Shown here: positions 35,042 to 50,184 of the stretch, in pieces | Position numbering within the stretch: the stretch's first letter is position 1 | How the letters are laid out: every line of letters starts with the position of its first letter | Origin: Octopus sinensis | Taxonomy: Eukaryota | Length of the DNA stretch: 64,000 nucleotides | NCBI RefSeq assembly: GCF_006345805.1 | Contig: NW_021836179.1 | Location: 1-64,000 of the forward strand | Direction: 5' to 3' | Notes under the pieces: model-generated | The model's database searches: none | Told to the model about the DNA's origin: nothing | Seen by the model: only the letters and a program-made list of their open reading frames with translations | Position numbers and translations under genes: made by a program

Positions 35042-37644
35042 CACGCAGGAAACATTAATAGAAGAAAACACTTTCATTTCATATCTTGTTATGGGTCAGG
35101 GGAGGAGGTGGGGTTTTTGTTTTTATTTTGTATAGTTTGAAGAATTAAAATTTACAATTTTTTGGGTTTTTTTTTTGTTTTGTATATTTTGAAAAATTAG
35201 AATTTACAGTTTTTTTGATTTTTTTTTCAAAATCGTAATCTCCTTATTTTTCTACAAATTTCACCAGAAAAATTTTGTTTATAGTAGAAAATTTAAGAAA
35301 TTGCGTGGGAAGATTAAAAATTTTTTAATGCAGATTGTTTTTGCAGATTTGGAATCTCGAACTCGATATCGTGGGTTCCTGTAAAAACAAAACCCAAAAA
35401 ACATCGGAAAGAGGGTGCGGTCCATTGTCTTTCCCCACGCCGTAAACGGAACCCTTCCCCCTTTATTTCAGGATAAAGTAAAAAACGAAGGAAAGGGATA
35501 TGGGACTGAGATTTTGATGTTGGGGTTGTTGAAAAAATCTTTTCCAGAATCGAAATTTCCATGGCCTAAAAACATGGGATTCCGGAGAAAAAGAAAACAA
35601 AAAAGGAATTTGAAAACCGGGAAGGGCTCCGTTTCGATCTTCGCTATAGTTGAGGGTCGATGGTGGAAAAAGTTTGGCGACCCCTGATAAAGGCGTAGGG
35701 AACAGCACCTGCTGTGTTTCTAATCATATGTCCGTTTAATGAACAAACATACGGTTATATGCATTCTAAGGCTAAGATGTAATGATGTCAGAAATATTTG
35801 GCTGCTATTTTTAGCAGGTTCAGTGACCATGCGCAGACACTCTTGTTGAGACGTAATTACTATTTAGCTGGATGAGGTTTTTATCATTTACCTTGGCTGA
35901 GATGCAATTAAAGGTGTGAATTAATATAATTTTAACATCTCTTCGTGTTATATTGGGGACTTTTAATATATGACACCGGTGTCGTTCAACCGCGGGAATA
36001 ATTATCAACAGCTTCTACACGTGCTTCTAATTAAGACGAATCTAATTATATCAGATGTAGTAATACCTCGTGTTCAGGTGAACGTTGATCTCTATGAATA
36101 ACACGAAGCGACTTACATGATTTGTGATTTAATATTTCTCTTGATCACAGCTTTAGTTGGTTGATCCCTATTTTACAGGAAAGGGGGCAAAAAGCTTTGA
36201 ATCGAGGAACTTTGCTCGCCCTTCTTCATATTTCATTTGGACCTTAGATCGAAAGCACGAATTGTTTGTATGCCCCTTTGTAGCAAATATTGTGCGCATT
36301 TCTACTATCCATGGTGGGAAAAACAAACTGGATTTCAAGAAAGGATCCTGGTCAGATCAACAAGTATTCTAATGGTAAGTGAAAAAATATATCTACATAG
36401 CATTTGTTGTACACTTGTTAACGGAGGTGTGTGATATCTAAGACAAGAAACTGAACCATAGGAGGTTAGTCTATATCTACAGACATTTGTCAGCTTTTTA
36501 AGTATTCCTGAAGACAAGCAGGAAGACCTCCCTCACAACGGCTTTCCTTTTGGTAAACGATATTTCCCCTTTTGACACCCGATTTGTGTAATTTTCTTTT
36601 GAGTCCTTTAATCGTTTAATAATGTATATTTTGCCAGTAAATTTAGGGCATAACTACAGAAATGCGGGATCCTTTCGGTTTGGGGAGTTACCAAAATTGA
36701 AATTGCAAAAATGTTTATATCATTGTTCTGTGACCCTAACCGTATCTTGGTACTAGTCTTGGAGACTGGACCCGGTGCGCGCAGATGCGCATCCGCGCTT
36801 GCGAGTCGTAGGTTGTCGATTCTACAGCGACTTGCGTATGCAAATGAGCTGATTGGCGCAACACTGCAAAAACTAACTTAATAGCGAGCCCCTACTGGAG
36901 CTTAAGAAATATTTTTCAACGATATACAGTGTATATTATTCACATTGTTCTGTGACCCTAACCACATCTTTTCAGGGAGTTCTCAAAAATGAAGCCCCCA
37001 AAAATCAAAATATTATTCCCTTCCAAACCTGATCTCATCATATATAAATTTATATATATATATGTGTATATAGATAGATATAGATATGTATATATGTGCG
37101 TGCATGAGTAATGTTACACAATGTTAAAGAGTAGTTGTAGTTTACAAATTTTTACATTTCACCCAATGTTATATGATGTCATTTGTTAATTAATAAAGAA
37201 ATGTTGTAACATTTCTCTTTTGATCTCTCCTCTCTATCTAATTCTGTTTCTTTATTATTTCAGATTTACGGATGACAATGGCATCAAAGAAATGTTCTTT
37301 TATAATGAATACATCTTCAACATTTTTCATCTTTTAAAGTCTTGAGGAAAAGTTTACACAGAACGCATCTAAGCCTATTTCTATAAATCTTTGGTAGAAA
37401 TTCTATGAAATGTTTGCTCTGAACTGAGATTAATAGCAACATTTTTCTATTTCATTAGCTGATGCTTTGCATTCTCGTTACTCTTTGATGACTTTCTAAA
37501 TTTATAGCATCTTTAGATATCAGTGAAGTTTGCAGTGGAAACATTTGTAAGGAATAAACTATAAAAAGAAGGATAAAGATAGGAGTAAAAGTTTAATGTG
37601 GTGACAAAGGCCAAGGATTGGGTCTATTTTGATTCCTCAAAGAA

Positions 37645-38841
37645 ATGCTGAAAAATAGTCGAAAATCATTGTATCGTTGTGATATCTGTGGTAAATCAAC
37701 CACTAGAAGTGCTGCCTTAGATAGACACAAGCGTACTCACACAGGAGAGAAACCATATCACTGTGATATTTGTGGTAAATCTTTCACTCAAAGCAATAAC
37801 TTAACTATACACAAACTTGTTCATACAGGAGAGAAACCATATCATTGTGATATTTGTGGTAAATCATTCTCTCACAGAAGTGCCTTAACTAAACACAAAC
37901 TTGTTCATACAGGAGAGAAGCCATTTCGCTGTGATATTTGTGGTAAATCCTTCACTAAAAGCAATGACTTAACTAAACACATACGTGTTCATACAGGAGA
38001 GAAGCAATTTCACTGTGATATCTGTGGTAAATCCTTCACTCAGAGTAATAGTTTAACTAGACACAGGCGTATTCACACAGGAGAAAAACCATTTCCCTGT
38101 GATGCCTGTGGTAAATCATTCTCTGACAAAAGTGCCTTAATTGTACATAAACGTGTTCATACAGGGGAGAAACCATTTCGCTGTGATGTTTGTGGCAAAT
38201 CATTCACTGCAAGTGGTGACTTAAATATACACAGACGTATTCACACAGGAGAGAATCCGTTTCACTGTAATATCTGTGGTAAATCATTCTCTCAAAGCAA
38301 TCACTTAACTAATCACAAACTTGTTCATACAGGAGAGAAACCATACCACTGTGATATCTGTGGTAAATCATTCTCTCAAAATTGTCAATTAACTTATCAC
38401 AAACGCATTCATACAGGAGAGAAACCATACCACTGTGATATCTGTGGTGAATCATTCTCTCAAAGCAATCACTTAACTAAACACAGACGAATTCACACAG
38501 GAGAGAAACCATACCACTGTGATATCTGTGGTAAATCATTCTCTCAAAATTATCATTTAACTTCTCACAAACGGGTTCATACAGGAGAGAAACCATACCA
38601 CTGTGATATCTGTGGTGAATCATTCTCTCAAAGTGATACTTTAAATAAACACAGGCGTATTCATACAGGAGAAAAGCCGTATCACTGTGATATCTGTGGT
38701 AAATCATTCTCACAAAATTGTCAATTAACTTCTCACAAACGTATTCATACAGGGGAAAAGCCATTTCACTGTGATGTCTGTGGTAAATCATTCTCTCAAA
38801 ATTGTCGTTTAACTTCTCACAAACGTATTCATACAGGATAG
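37645..38841 (+). CDS. C2H2 zinc-finger protein type 1, 14 fingers (398 aa), unit 3
   Basis: Intact ORF; same as unit 2 minus one QNYHLTS finger; ends HTG-TAG. Confidence 0.93.
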   Translation: MLKNSRKSLYRCDICGKSTTRSAALDRHKRTHTGEKPYHCDICGKSFTQSNNLTIHKLVHTGEKPYHCDICGKSFSHRSALTKHKLVHTGEKPFRCDICGKSFTKSNDLTKHIRVHTGEKQFHCDICGKSFTQSNSLTRHRRIHTGEKPFPCDACGKSFSDKSALIVHKRVHTGEKPFRCDVCGKSFTASGDLNIHRRIHTGENPFHCNICGKSFSQSNHLTNHKLVHTGEKPYHCDICGKSFSQNCQLTYHKRIHTGEKPYHCDICGESFSQSNHLTKHRRIHTGEKPYHCDICGKSFSQNYHLTSHKRVHTGEKPYHCDICGESFSQSDTLNKHRRIHTGEKPYHCDICGKSFSQNCQLTSHKRIHTGEKPFHCDVCGKSFSQNCRLTSHKRIHTG

Positions 38842-40218
38842 AGGCCTTTTTGCTGTGATTTCTGTGGTAAATCATTCTCTGAGAAACGTTACTTAATTGC
38901 ACACGTATCTATCCATACAAGAATTTGACTGTATTATTTATGAAATGTCTTTACAGCACACAGCAACAGACATTTTAAAACCCTTTCTCCTTGTGGGCAT
39001 TGTCAGTAAGTGATGAACCCTTGGTAACATTCATAATCATGCCAACCCTTTTTGTAAGCACTTACCTGGGATACACATAGTTTTGCTGGGCACAGGTATT
39101 TGTTAGAATTGTGTGTAGAAAATAATTTGTATAACCATAAATATTGCCACTTTAGGAAGCACTAGATTAGACAATTGTGAGGAGTGGAAACAGTGATGTG
39201 CAGATAAATATAGTTGTGTGTGTAGCAGACACGAGAGGCCCATTGATATTAAAGCTGAAATCTAAAAGAGGAGAAACGTGTGAGGCAGTGCAGCATCATG
39301 AGAGCAGATGGTGGAGAAATCCAGGTGAACATCTTTTAGAGTAACTGGGTTTTTAGCAAGACACAATTTCTTGCATACTGAAAATATATCCTCCATGAAG
39401 AAGATTGTGAAATCGTGTGGAGGTGACGTGGTTAAATAAATATGTCTTCAACACTGAAACTTGCTGACTTGGTTTTTATATGTACCTAAATATGTATGTT
39501 TGATTGCTTCTCATTTATTAATTGCATCCAAGGTCTTTGTTGATGCTGGGCTTTGATCTTTGTTTGCTTGTTTATTTCAGCTTGCTTCTTATTCCTCTGT
39601 GTCAATTTGCTTCTGATGAAGCAATTAGATGAACAAAGCTGCTCTTCTTTGTGTTTCTCTAGGCTGTGGGTTCGTTTAGTATCTCAGATATAAAGTTGAA
39701 TACATCGTTAGAGCACATCCAACCCTACGCTTAATAAATCTTTCTGGTTTTGTGTCGAGATATTGAAAAGCTGTGGGCCCTGGAAACTCTAAACCGTTGC
39801 AGTATTGGATTCTTACCCAAGATGGAAAGTCCAAGGTGTTTGGTACGATGTAGTGGCGTTCAGTCCAGGTGTTACTATAGGTTTCATTACCAAATTTAGG
39901 GGTAGACCATAAAAGCTGTATATATCTATATACAACGGGCTTCTTACAGTTTCCGTCATCCAAATCCACTCACAAGGCTTCGGCTGGCCAGAGGCTATAG
40001 TAGATGAAACTTCCCCAAGGTGCCAAGCATTGGAACTGAACCAGAGAACCATGTGATTGATAAGCAAGCTACTTACCACACAATTTTCTTTTTAAATGCT
40101 TCAAATTGTGTAGATTACAATTATATAGGAATTTGTTTGGGGTAAACACTACCTGGAGTAGGGGTGGGCAATTCAGAGACTTTGTGAAAACGTATGAGGA
40201 AATAAAGATGTGTGAATT

Positions 40219-40624
40219 AGCCAAAACTCCTGTCCCCTCATCCTGAAAATGTTCCTCACAAGTGGTAGAAATAGACGAGATGGTCTTGTCATCTGTGTCT
40301 GGGTTAGAGGTAAGGTGCCTCATTTGGGATGCCACACTCTGCTACTCCTTTGCTCCTTCTCACATCCTGGATGCTGCAGTTAATGGCAGGGTCACTGCTT
40401 CCGTAGCCAAATGGAAGAAAACCCTGAGGTATCGGGACGTGACAGTGAACTATCACTTCCACCTTGTGGTGTTTGAGACATTCAGAGGGACTAGGCCATT
40501 ATCCATGAAGTTCTTGTCAACATTGGCAGGTGATGCCCGTGTGGGTGCATGGTTTTTCTTAACACCTGAGCCTCGCTGTCACCTGTAGTAATACTGGGCG
40601 GATGCTGGATTGCTTTAGTAGGTT
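40219..40624 (+). mobile_element. CRE-like endonuclease fragment (unit 3 copy)
   Basis: Paralog of 31245-31650. Confidence 0.55.
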
Positions 40625-43363
40625 CTATCAAACCTTGTGGGGTGCAACCAGCTGCTGTGATAAAAGAAATACCTCCAAATATGCTGCAAATCCCTTATTT
40701 TGGTTTGGAAAAGTGGGAGGACACCCCCATCTTGGAATCGTTGGAAAATTATTTTTTTCATTGAATTAATTCCTCTGACCTAATATGCTACAAAACCTTT
40801 TTTTGGCGTCGGAAAAACGGGATGGAGGGAGCTGGAAGACTTGGAATGTTCACCCCCACTACCATTGATCTTTTTATCCACAAAGTTTTCAGTAAGGAAA
40901 AAAAATTGGATTTTTTTGCGTGGAATCAAGTACCCTGACCTCCTAATATGCTGCAAATCCCTTATTGTAGTTAACAAAAAATTGGGGGACTTCCCCACTT
41001 TTTCATGCAGGTGAAAAGATTAGTGGGGTTATGGGCAATATTTCTGAGGCTTCCACCTCACCCCACCCCGTTTTACGGACCCCAAAAAGAGTTTTGTAGC
41101 ATATTAGGTCACAGGAATTCATTCAAGAAAAAAAACCCCACAAAAATATCCAATGATTCCGAAATGGGAAGGGGTGACCCTATCCTCTTGTTTTCCAAAC
41201 CAATATAAGGGACGTGAAGCATCTTATTAGGTCAGGGTACTTGATTCCACCCCAAAAATCCAAGTTTTGTCTTTTTTCTCTTAGTGAAAATCATGCGGTT
41301 GTTAATATTGGAATTGAATGGAAAAAGCAGGCTCTTCATCCAGCTCCCCTCTCTACCTCCCCTTATTCTCCTCACCATTCCCATCACAGCCTGCATCACC
41401 TCCTGCACCCCACCCGACTCTCACTTTGTGCAGCTTCTATTTTATAATTTTATGCATGCCTGAAACATTAATAGAAGAAAACACTTTCATTTCATTTCTT
41501 ATTATGGGTCGGGGGAGGAGGTGGGGTTTTTGTTTTTGTTTTGTATATTTTGAAAAATTAGAATTTACAGTTTTTTAGGTTTTTTTCAAAATCGTAATCT
41601 CCTTATTTTTCTACAAATTTCACCAGAAAAATTTTGTTTATAGTAGAAAATTTAAGAAATTGCGTTGGAGATTAAAACATTTTTCATGCAGATTGTTTTT
41701 GCAGATTTGGAATCTCCGCACTCGATATCGTGGGTTCCTGTAAAAACAAAACCCAATTAACATCGGAAAGAGGGTGCGGTCCATCGTCTTTACCCCCGCC
41801 GTAAACGGAACCCTTCCCCCTTTATTTCAGGGAAAAGTAAAAGAACGAAGGAAAGGGATATGGGACTGAGATTTTAATGTTGGGATTGTTGAAAAAATCT
41901 TTTCCAGAATCGAAATTTCCATGGCCTAAAAACATGGGATTCCGGAGAAAAGAAAAACAAAAAGGAATTTGAAAACCGGGAAGGGCTCCGCTTCGATCTT
42001 TGCTATAGTTGAGGGTCGATGGTGGAAAAAGTTTGGCGACCCCTGATAAAGACGTAGCGAACAGCACCTGCTGTGTTTCTAATCATATGTCCGTTTAATG
42101 AACAAACATACGATTATATGCATTCTAATGCTAAGATGTAATGATGTCAGAAATATTTGGCTGCTATTTTTAGCAGGTTCAGTGACCATGCGCAGACACT
42201 CTTGTTGAGACGTAATTACTATTTAGCTGGATGAGGTTTTTATCATTTACCTTGGCTGAGATGCAATTAAAGGTGTGAATTAATATAATTTTAACATCTC
42301 TTCGTGTTATATTGGGGACTTTTAATATATGACACCGGTGTCGTTCAACCGCGGGAATAATTATCAACAGCTTCTACACGTGCTTCTAATTAAGACGAAT
42401 CTAATTATATCAGATGTAGTAATACCTCGTGTTCAGGTGAACGTTGATCTCTATGAATAACACGAAGCGACTTACATGATTTGTGATTTAATATTTCTCT
42501 TGATCACAGCTTTAGTTGGTTGATCCCTATTTTACAGGAAAGGGGGCAAAAAACTTTGAATCGAGGAACTTTGCTCGCCCTTCTTCATATTTCATTTGTA
42601 CCTTAGATCGAAAGCACGAATTGTTTGTATGCCCCTTTGTAGCAAATATTGTGCGCATTTCTACTATCCATGGTGGGAAAAACAAACTGGATTTCAAGAA
42701 AGGATCCTGGTCAGATCAACAAGTATTCTAATGGTAAGTGAAAAAATATATCTACATAGCATTTGTTGTACACTTGTTAACGGAGGTGTGTGATATCTAA
42801 GACAAGAAACTGAACCATAGGAGGTTAGTCTATATCTACAGACATTTGTCAGCTTTTTAAGTATTCCTGAAGACAAGCAGGAAGACCTCCCTCACAACGG
42901 CTTTCCTTTTGGTAAACGATATTTCCCCTTTTGACACCCGATTTGTGTAATTTTCTTTTGAGTCCTTTAATCGTTTAATAATGTATATTTTGTGAGTAAA
43001 TTTAGGGCATAACTACAGAAATGCGGGATCCTTTCGGTTTGGGGAGTTACCAAAATTGAAATTGCAAAAATGTTTATATCATTGTTCTGTGACCCTAACC
43101 GTATCTCGGTACTAGTCTTGGAGACTGGACCCGGTGCGCGCAGATGCGCATCCGCGCTTGCGAGTCGTGGGTTGTCGATTCTACAGCGACTTGCGTATGC
43201 AAATGAGCTGATTGGCGCAACACTGCAAAAACTAACTTAATAGCGAGCCCCTACTGGAGCTTAGGAAATATTTTCCAACGATATACGGTGTATATTATTT
43301 TAAAGACAAATGCGTTTTTTTTTTTCGTTAGAAAACAATTAGAAGCATTGAAAAACATTTTTT

Positions 43364-43783
43364 TGGCGATCTTTCATCTCTAGTAGACCTTTTCGTCGAT
43401 TTCTGTAAAAAAATCTTTTTTTTTACACATGGGCTTGCGGGAACTTTTGAAGTAATATACATACATATACACATACACCGAGTAAAAAATTTCAGTTATC
43501 TCTCTCTTTCACACATTACTCTCTCTGTCTCTTCACACACACTAACAGAAGCACTTCACTTACACAACATACTGCCTGTCTCCCACACCACATTAAACAC
43601 ACATATACATCAATGCTTGCCATGCACGGTAACTTCAAAAGAACTTCCCTCGTCATACAATCGCTTTCTCTTAGTCTCTTTCGCTCTCATTACTTCAAAA
43701 GTTCCCGCAAGCCCATATGTAAAAGAAAAAAAAAAATTTTACGGAAATCGACGGAAAGGTCTACTAGAGACGAAAGATCGCCA
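43364..43783. mobile_element. 420-bp MITE with about 90-bp terminal inverted repeats
   Basis: TGGCGATCTTTCATCTCTAGTAGACC...GGGAACTTTTGAAGTAAT versus ATTACTTCAAAAGTTCCC...GGTCTACTAGAGACGAAAGATCGCCA. Confidence 0.85.
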
Positions 43784-44634
43784 TTTCCCCTTTTGACACC
43801 CGATTTGTGTAATTTTCTCTTGAGTCCTTTAATCGTTTAATAATGTATATTTTGTGAGTAAATTTAGGGCATAACTACAGAAATGCGGGATCCTTTCGGT
43901 TTGGGGAGTTACCAAAATTGAAATTGCAAAAATGTTTATATCATTGTTCTGTGACCCTAACCACATCTTTTCAGGGAGTTCTCAAAAATGAAGCCCCAAA
44001 AATCAAAATATTATTCCCCGCCTAACCTGAACTCATCATATATATATATATAGAGAGAGAGAGATAGATAGAGATATGTATATATGTGCGTGCATGAGTA
44101 ATGTTACACAATGTTAAAGAGTAGTTGTAGTTTACAAATTTTTACATTTCACCCAATGTTATATGATGTCATTTGTTAATTAATAAAGAAATATTGTAAC
44201 ATTTCTCTTTTGATCTCTCCTCTCTATCTAATTCTGTTTCTTTATTATTTCAGATTTACGGATGACAATGGCATCAAAGAAATTTTCTTTTATAATGAAT
44301 ACATCTTCAACATTTTTCATCTTTTAAAGTCTTGAGGAAAAGTTTACACAGAACGCATCTAAGCCTATTTCTATAAATCTTTGGTAGAAATTCTATGAAA
44401 TGTTTGCTCAGAACTGAGATTAATAGCAACATTTTTCTATTTCATTAGCTGATGCTTTGCATTCTCGTTACTCTTTGATGACTTTCTAAATTTATAGCAT
44501 CTTTAGATATCAGTGAAGTTTGCAGTGGAAATATTTGTAAGGAATAAACTATAAAAAGAAGGATAAAGATAGGAGTAAAAGTTTAACGTGGTGAGAAAGG
44601 CCAAGGATTGGGTCTATTTTGATTCCTCAGAGAA

Positions 44635-45915
44635 ATGCTGAAAAATATGCGAAAATCATTGTATCGTTGTGATATCTGTGGTAAATCAACCACTAGAAGT
44701 GATTTCTTAGATAGACACAAGCGTACTCACACAGGAGAAAAACCATATCACTGTGATATCTGTGGTAAATCATACACTCAAAGCTATGACTTAACTAAAC
44801 ACAAATGTATTCATTCCAGAGAGAAGCCATTTCGCTGTGATATTTGTGGTAAATCCTTCACACAAAGCAATAACTTAACTAATCACAAACGTGTTCATAC
44901 AGGAGAGAAGCCATTTCACTGTGATATTTGTGGTAAATCCTTCACTCAAAGCGGTGGCTTAACTAATCACAAACGTGTTCATACAGGAGAAAAACCGTTT
45001 CAGTGTGATATCTGTGGTAAATCATTCTCTCAAAATTGTGTGTTAACTACTCACAAGCGTCTTCACACAGGAGAGAAACCATATCACTGTGATATTTGTG
45101 GTAAATCATTCTCTAAAAATTGTCATTTAACTCCTCACAAACGTATTCATACAGGAGAGAAACCATATCACTGTGATGTCTGTGGTAAATCATTCTCTCA
45201 CAGAAGTGCCTTAATTATACACAAACGTGTTCATACAGGAGAGAAGCCATTTTGCTGTGATATTTGTGGTAAATCCTTCACTCAGGGCAATGACTTAACT
45301 AAACACAAACGTGTTCATACAGGAGAGAAGCCATCTCGCTGTGATATTTGTGGTACATCATTCTCTCACAGAAGTGCCTTAATTATACACAAACGTGTTC
45401 ATACAGGAGAGAAGCCATTTCGCTGTGATATTTGTGGTAAATCCTTCACTCAAAGCGGTGGCTTAACTTCTCACAAACGTGTTCATACCGGGGAGAAACC
45501 ATATCACTGTGATATCTGTGGTAAATCATTCTCTAAAAACAGTAGCCTAACTACACACAAACGCATTCACACAGGGGAAAAACCATTTCACTGTGATGTC
45601 TGTGGGAAATCATTCTCTGTAAGCAGTAGTTTAATTGGACACAAACGAATTCATACAGGAGAAAAGCCTTATCACTGTGATATCTGTGATAAATCATTCT
45701 CTCGAAGCAATCACTTAGCTAAACACATATGTATTCATACAGGAGTGAAACCATATCAGTGTGATGTCTGTGGGAAAACATTCTCTGATAGAAGTGCCTT
45801 AACTAGACACAGACGTATTCATACAGGAGAGAAACCATTTCACTGTGATATCTGTGGTAAATCATTCTCTCGAAATTATCGATTAACTTCTCACAAACGT
45901 ATTCATACAGGATAG
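44635..45915 (+). CDS. C2H2 zinc-finger protein type 2, 15 fingers (426 aa), unit 4
   Basis: Intact ORF; recognition helices differ from type 1; ends HTG-TAG. Confidence 0.93.
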   Translation: MLKNMRKSLYRCDICGKSTTRSDFLDRHKRTHTGEKPYHCDICGKSYTQSYDLTKHKCIHSREKPFRCDICGKSFTQSNNLTNHKRVHTGEKPFHCDICGKSFTQSGGLTNHKRVHTGEKPFQCDICGKSFSQNCVLTTHKRLHTGEKPYHCDICGKSFSKNCHLTPHKRIHTGEKPYHCDVCGKSFSHRSALIIHKRVHTGEKPFCCDICGKSFTQGNDLTKHKRVHTGEKPSRCDICGTSFSHRSALIIHKRVHTGEKPFRCDICGKSFTQSGGLTSHKRVHTGEKPYHCDICGKSFSKNSSLTTHKRIHTGEKPFHCDVCGKSFSVSSSLIGHKRIHTGEKPYHCDICDKSFSRSNHLAKHICIHTGVKPYQCDVCGKTFSDRSALTRHRRIHTGEKPFHCDICGKSFSRNYRLTSHKRIHTG

Positions 45916-47330
45916 AGGCCTTTTCGCTGTGATTTCTGTGGTAAATCATTCTCTAGGAAACGTTACTTAACTGGACATGTATCTATCCATACAAGAATTT
46001 GACTGTATTATTTATCAAATGCCTTTGCAGCACACAGCAACAGACATTTTAAAACCCTTTCTCCTTGTGGGCATTGTCAGTAACTGATGAACCCTTGGTA
46101 ACATTCATAATCATCAGGGTTCCTTTTTGAGGTATTGTTAATGATGCCAACCCTTTTTGTAAGCACTTACCTGGGATACACATAGTTATGCTGGGCACAG
46201 GTATTTGTTAGAATTGTGTGTAGAAAATAATTTGTATAACCATAAATATTGCCACTTTAGGAAGCACTAGATTAGACAATTGTGAGGAGTGGAAACAGTG
46301 ATGTGCAGATATATATAGTTGTGTGTGTAGCAGAATGTAGCAGACACGAGAGGCCCATTGATATTAAAGCTGAAATCTAAAAGAGGAGAAACGTGTGAGG
46401 CAGTGCAGCATCATGAGAGCAGATGGTGGAGAAATCCAGGTGAACATCTTTTAGAGTAACTGGGTTTTTAGCAAGACACAATTTCTTGCATACTGAAAAT
46501 ATATACTCCATGAAGAAGATTGTGAAATCGTGTGGAGGTGACGTGGTTAAATAAATATGTCTTCAACACTGAAACTTGCTGACTTGGTTTTTATATGTAC
46601 CTAAATATGTATGTTTGATTGCTTCTCGTTTATTAATTGCATCCAAGGTCTTTGTTGATGCTGGGCTTTGATCTTTGTTTGCTTGTTTATTTCAGCTTGC
46701 TTCTTATTCCTCTGTGTCAATTTGCTTCTGATGAAGCAATTAGATGAACAAAGCTGCTCTTCTTTGTGTTTCTCTAGGCTGTGGGTTCGTTTAGTATCTC
46801 AGATAAAAAGTTGAATACGTCATTAGAGCACATCCAACCCTAAGCTTAATAAATCTTTCTGGTTTTGTGTCGAGATATTGAAAAGCTGAGGGCCCTGGAA
46901 ACCCTAAACCGTTGCAGTATTGGATTCTTACCCAAGATGGAAAGTCCAAGGTGTTTGGTATGATGTAGTGGCGTTCAGTCCAGGTGTTACTATAGGTTTC
47001 ATTATCAAAGTTAGGGGTAGACCTTAAAAACTGTATATATCTATATACAGCGGGCTTCTTACAGTTTCCGTCATCCAAATCCACAGACAAGGCTTCGGCT
47101 GGCCCGAGGCTATAGTAGAAGCTTACCCAAGGTGCCAAGCAGTGGAACTGAACCGGGGAACCATGTGATTGATAAGCAAGCTACTTACCACACAATTTTT
47201 TTATTAAATGCTTCAAATTGTGTAGATAACAATTATATAGGAATTTGTTGGGGTAAAACACAACCTGGAGTAGGGGTGGGCAATTCACAGATTTTGTGAA
47301 AACGTATGAGGAAATAAAGATGTGTGAATT

Positions 47331-47736
47331 AGCCAAAACTCCTGTCCCCTCATCCTGAAAATGTTTCTCACAAGTGGTAGAAATAGACGAGATGGTCTTG
47401 TCATCTGTGCCTGGGTTAGAGGTAAGGTGCCTCATTTGGGATGCCACACTCTGCTACTCCTTTGCTCCTTCTCACATCCTGGATGCTGCAGTTAATGGCA
47501 GGGTCACTGCTTCCGTAGCCGAATGGAAGAAAACCCTGAGGTATCGGGACCTGACAGTGAACTATCTCTTCCACCTTGTGGTGTTTGAGACATTCAGAGG
47601 GACTAGGCCATTATCCATGAAGTTCTTGTCAACATTGGCAGGCGATGCCCTTGTGGGTGCATGGTTTTTCTTAACACCTTAGCCTCGCTGTCACCTGTAG
47701 TAATACTGGGAGGATGCTGGATTGCTTTAGTAGGTT
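47331..47736 (+). mobile_element. CRE-like endonuclease fragment (unit 4 copy)
   Basis: Paralog of 31245-31650. Confidence 0.55.
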
Positions 47737-50184
47737 CTATCAAACCTTGTGGCGTGCAACCAGCTGCTGTGATAAAATAAATACCTCCAAATATGCTGCA
47801 AATCCCTTATTTTGGTTAACAAAAATCTGGGTAAGTTCCCCCCTTTTTTTCATGCAGGTGAAAAGATCAGAGAGGGTTGGGTGAGATTTCTGAGGCTTCC
47901 ACCTCACTCCACTCCGTTTTACGGACCCCAAAAAGAGTTTTGTAGCATATTAGGTCACAGGAATTCATTCAAGAAAAAAAACCCCACAAAAATATCCAAT
48001 GATTCCGAAATGGGAAGGGGTGACCCTATCTTCTTGTTTTCCAAACCAATATAAGGGACGTGGAGCATCTTATTAGGTCAGGGTACTTGATTCCACCCCA
48101 AAAATCCAAGTTTTGTCTTTTTTCTCTTAGTGAAAATCATGCGGTTGTTAATCTTGGAATTGAATGGGAAAAGCAGGCTCTTCATCCAGTTCCCCTCTCT
48201 ACCTCCCCTTATTCTCCTCACCATTCCCATCACCTCCTGCACCCCACCCGACTCTCACTTTGTCCAGCTTCTATTTTGTAATTTTATGAATGCATAAAAC
48301 ATTAATAGAAGAAAACACTTTCATTTCATTTCTTGTTATGGGTCGGGGGAGGAGGTGGGGTTTTTGTTTTTGTTTTGTATATTTTGAAAAATTAGAATTT
48401 ACATTTTTTTTTGTTTTTTTCAGAATCGTAATCTCCTTATTTTTCTACAAATTTCACCAGAAAAATTTTGTTCTTGTAGAAAATTCAAGAAATTGCGTTG
48501 GGAGATGAAAAAATTTTTAATGCAGATTGTTTTTGCAGATTTGGAATCAACGAACTCGATATCGTGGGTTCCTGTAAAAACAAAACCCAAAAAACATCGG
48601 AAAGAGGGTGCGGTCCATTGTCTTTCCCCACGCCGTAAACGGAACCCTTCCCCCTTTATTTCAGGGAAAAGTAAAAGAACGAAGGAAAGGGATATGGGAC
48701 TGAAATTTTGATGTTGGGATTGTTGAAAGAATCTTTTCCAGAATCGAAATTTCCATGGCCTAAAAACATGGGATTCCGGAGAAAAGAAAAACAAAAAGGA
48801 ATTTGAAAGCCGGGAAGGGCTCCGTTTCGATCTTTGCTATAGTTGAGGGTCGATGGTGGAAAAAGTTTGTCGACCCCTGATAAAGGGTAGGGAACAGCAC
48901 CTGCTGTGTTTCTAATCATATGTCCGTTTAATGAACAAACATACGATTATATGCATTCTAATGCTAAGATGTAATGATGTCAGAAATATTTGGCTGCTAT
49001 TTTTAGCAGGTTCAGTGACCATGCGCAGACACTCTTGTTGAGACGTAATTACTATTTAGCTGGATGCGGTTTTTATCATTTACCTTGGGTGAGATGCAAT
49101 TAAAGGTGTGAATTAATATAATTTTAACGTCTCTTCGTGTTATATTGGGGACTTAATATATGTCACCGGTGTCGTTCAACCGCGGGAATAATTATCAACA
49201 GCTTCTACACGTGCTTCTAATTAAGACGAATCTAATTATATCAGATGTAGTAATACCTCGTGTTCAGGTGAACGTTGATCTCTATGAATAACACGAAGCG
49301 ACTTACATGATTTGTGATTTAATATTTCTCTTGATCACAGCTTTAGTTGGTTGATCCCTATTTTACAGGAAAGGGGGCAAAAAACTTTGAATCGAGGAAC
49401 TTTGCTCGCCCTTCTTCATATTTCATTTGTACCTTAGATCGAAAGCACGAATTGTTTGTATGCCCCTTTGTAGCAAATATTGTGCGCATTTCTACTATCC
49501 ATGGTGGGAAAAACAAACTGGATTTCAAGAAAGGATCCTGGTCAGATCAACAAGTATTCTAATGGTAAGTGAAAAAATATATCTACATAGCATTTGTTGT
49601 ACACTTGTTAACGGAGGTGTGTGATATCTAAGACAAGAAACTGAACCATAGGAGGTTAGTCTATATCTACAGACATTTGTCAGCTTTTTAAGTATTCCTG
49701 AAGACAAGCAGGAAGACCTCCCTCACAACGGCTTTCCTTTTGGTAAACGATATTTCCCCTTTTGACACCCGATTTTCTTTTGAGTCCTTTAATCGTTTAA
49801 TAATGTATATTTTGTGAGTAAATTTAGGGCATAACTACAGAAATGCGGGATCCTTTCGGTTTGGGGAGTTACCAAAATTGAAATTGCAAAAATGTTTATA
49901 TCATTGTTCTGTGACCCTAACCGTATCTCGGTACTAGTCTTGGAGACTGGACCCGGTGCGCGCAGATGCGCATCCGCGCTTGCGAGTCGTAGGTTGTCGA
50001 TTCTACAGCGACTTGCGTATGCAAATGAGCTGATTGGCGCAACACTGCAAAAACTAACTTAATAGCGAGCCCCTACTGGAGCTTAGGAAATATTTTCCAA
50101 CGATATACGGTGTATATTATTTTAAAGACAAATGCGTTTTTTTTTTCGTTAGAAAACAATTAGAAGCATTGAAAAACATTTTTT

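Noticed and set aside
35670-35689. hAT-like right terminus AAAAGTTTGGCGACCCCTG in each unit
   Set aside because: No convincing matching left TIR with a TSD was found, so the element boundaries are unsupported.
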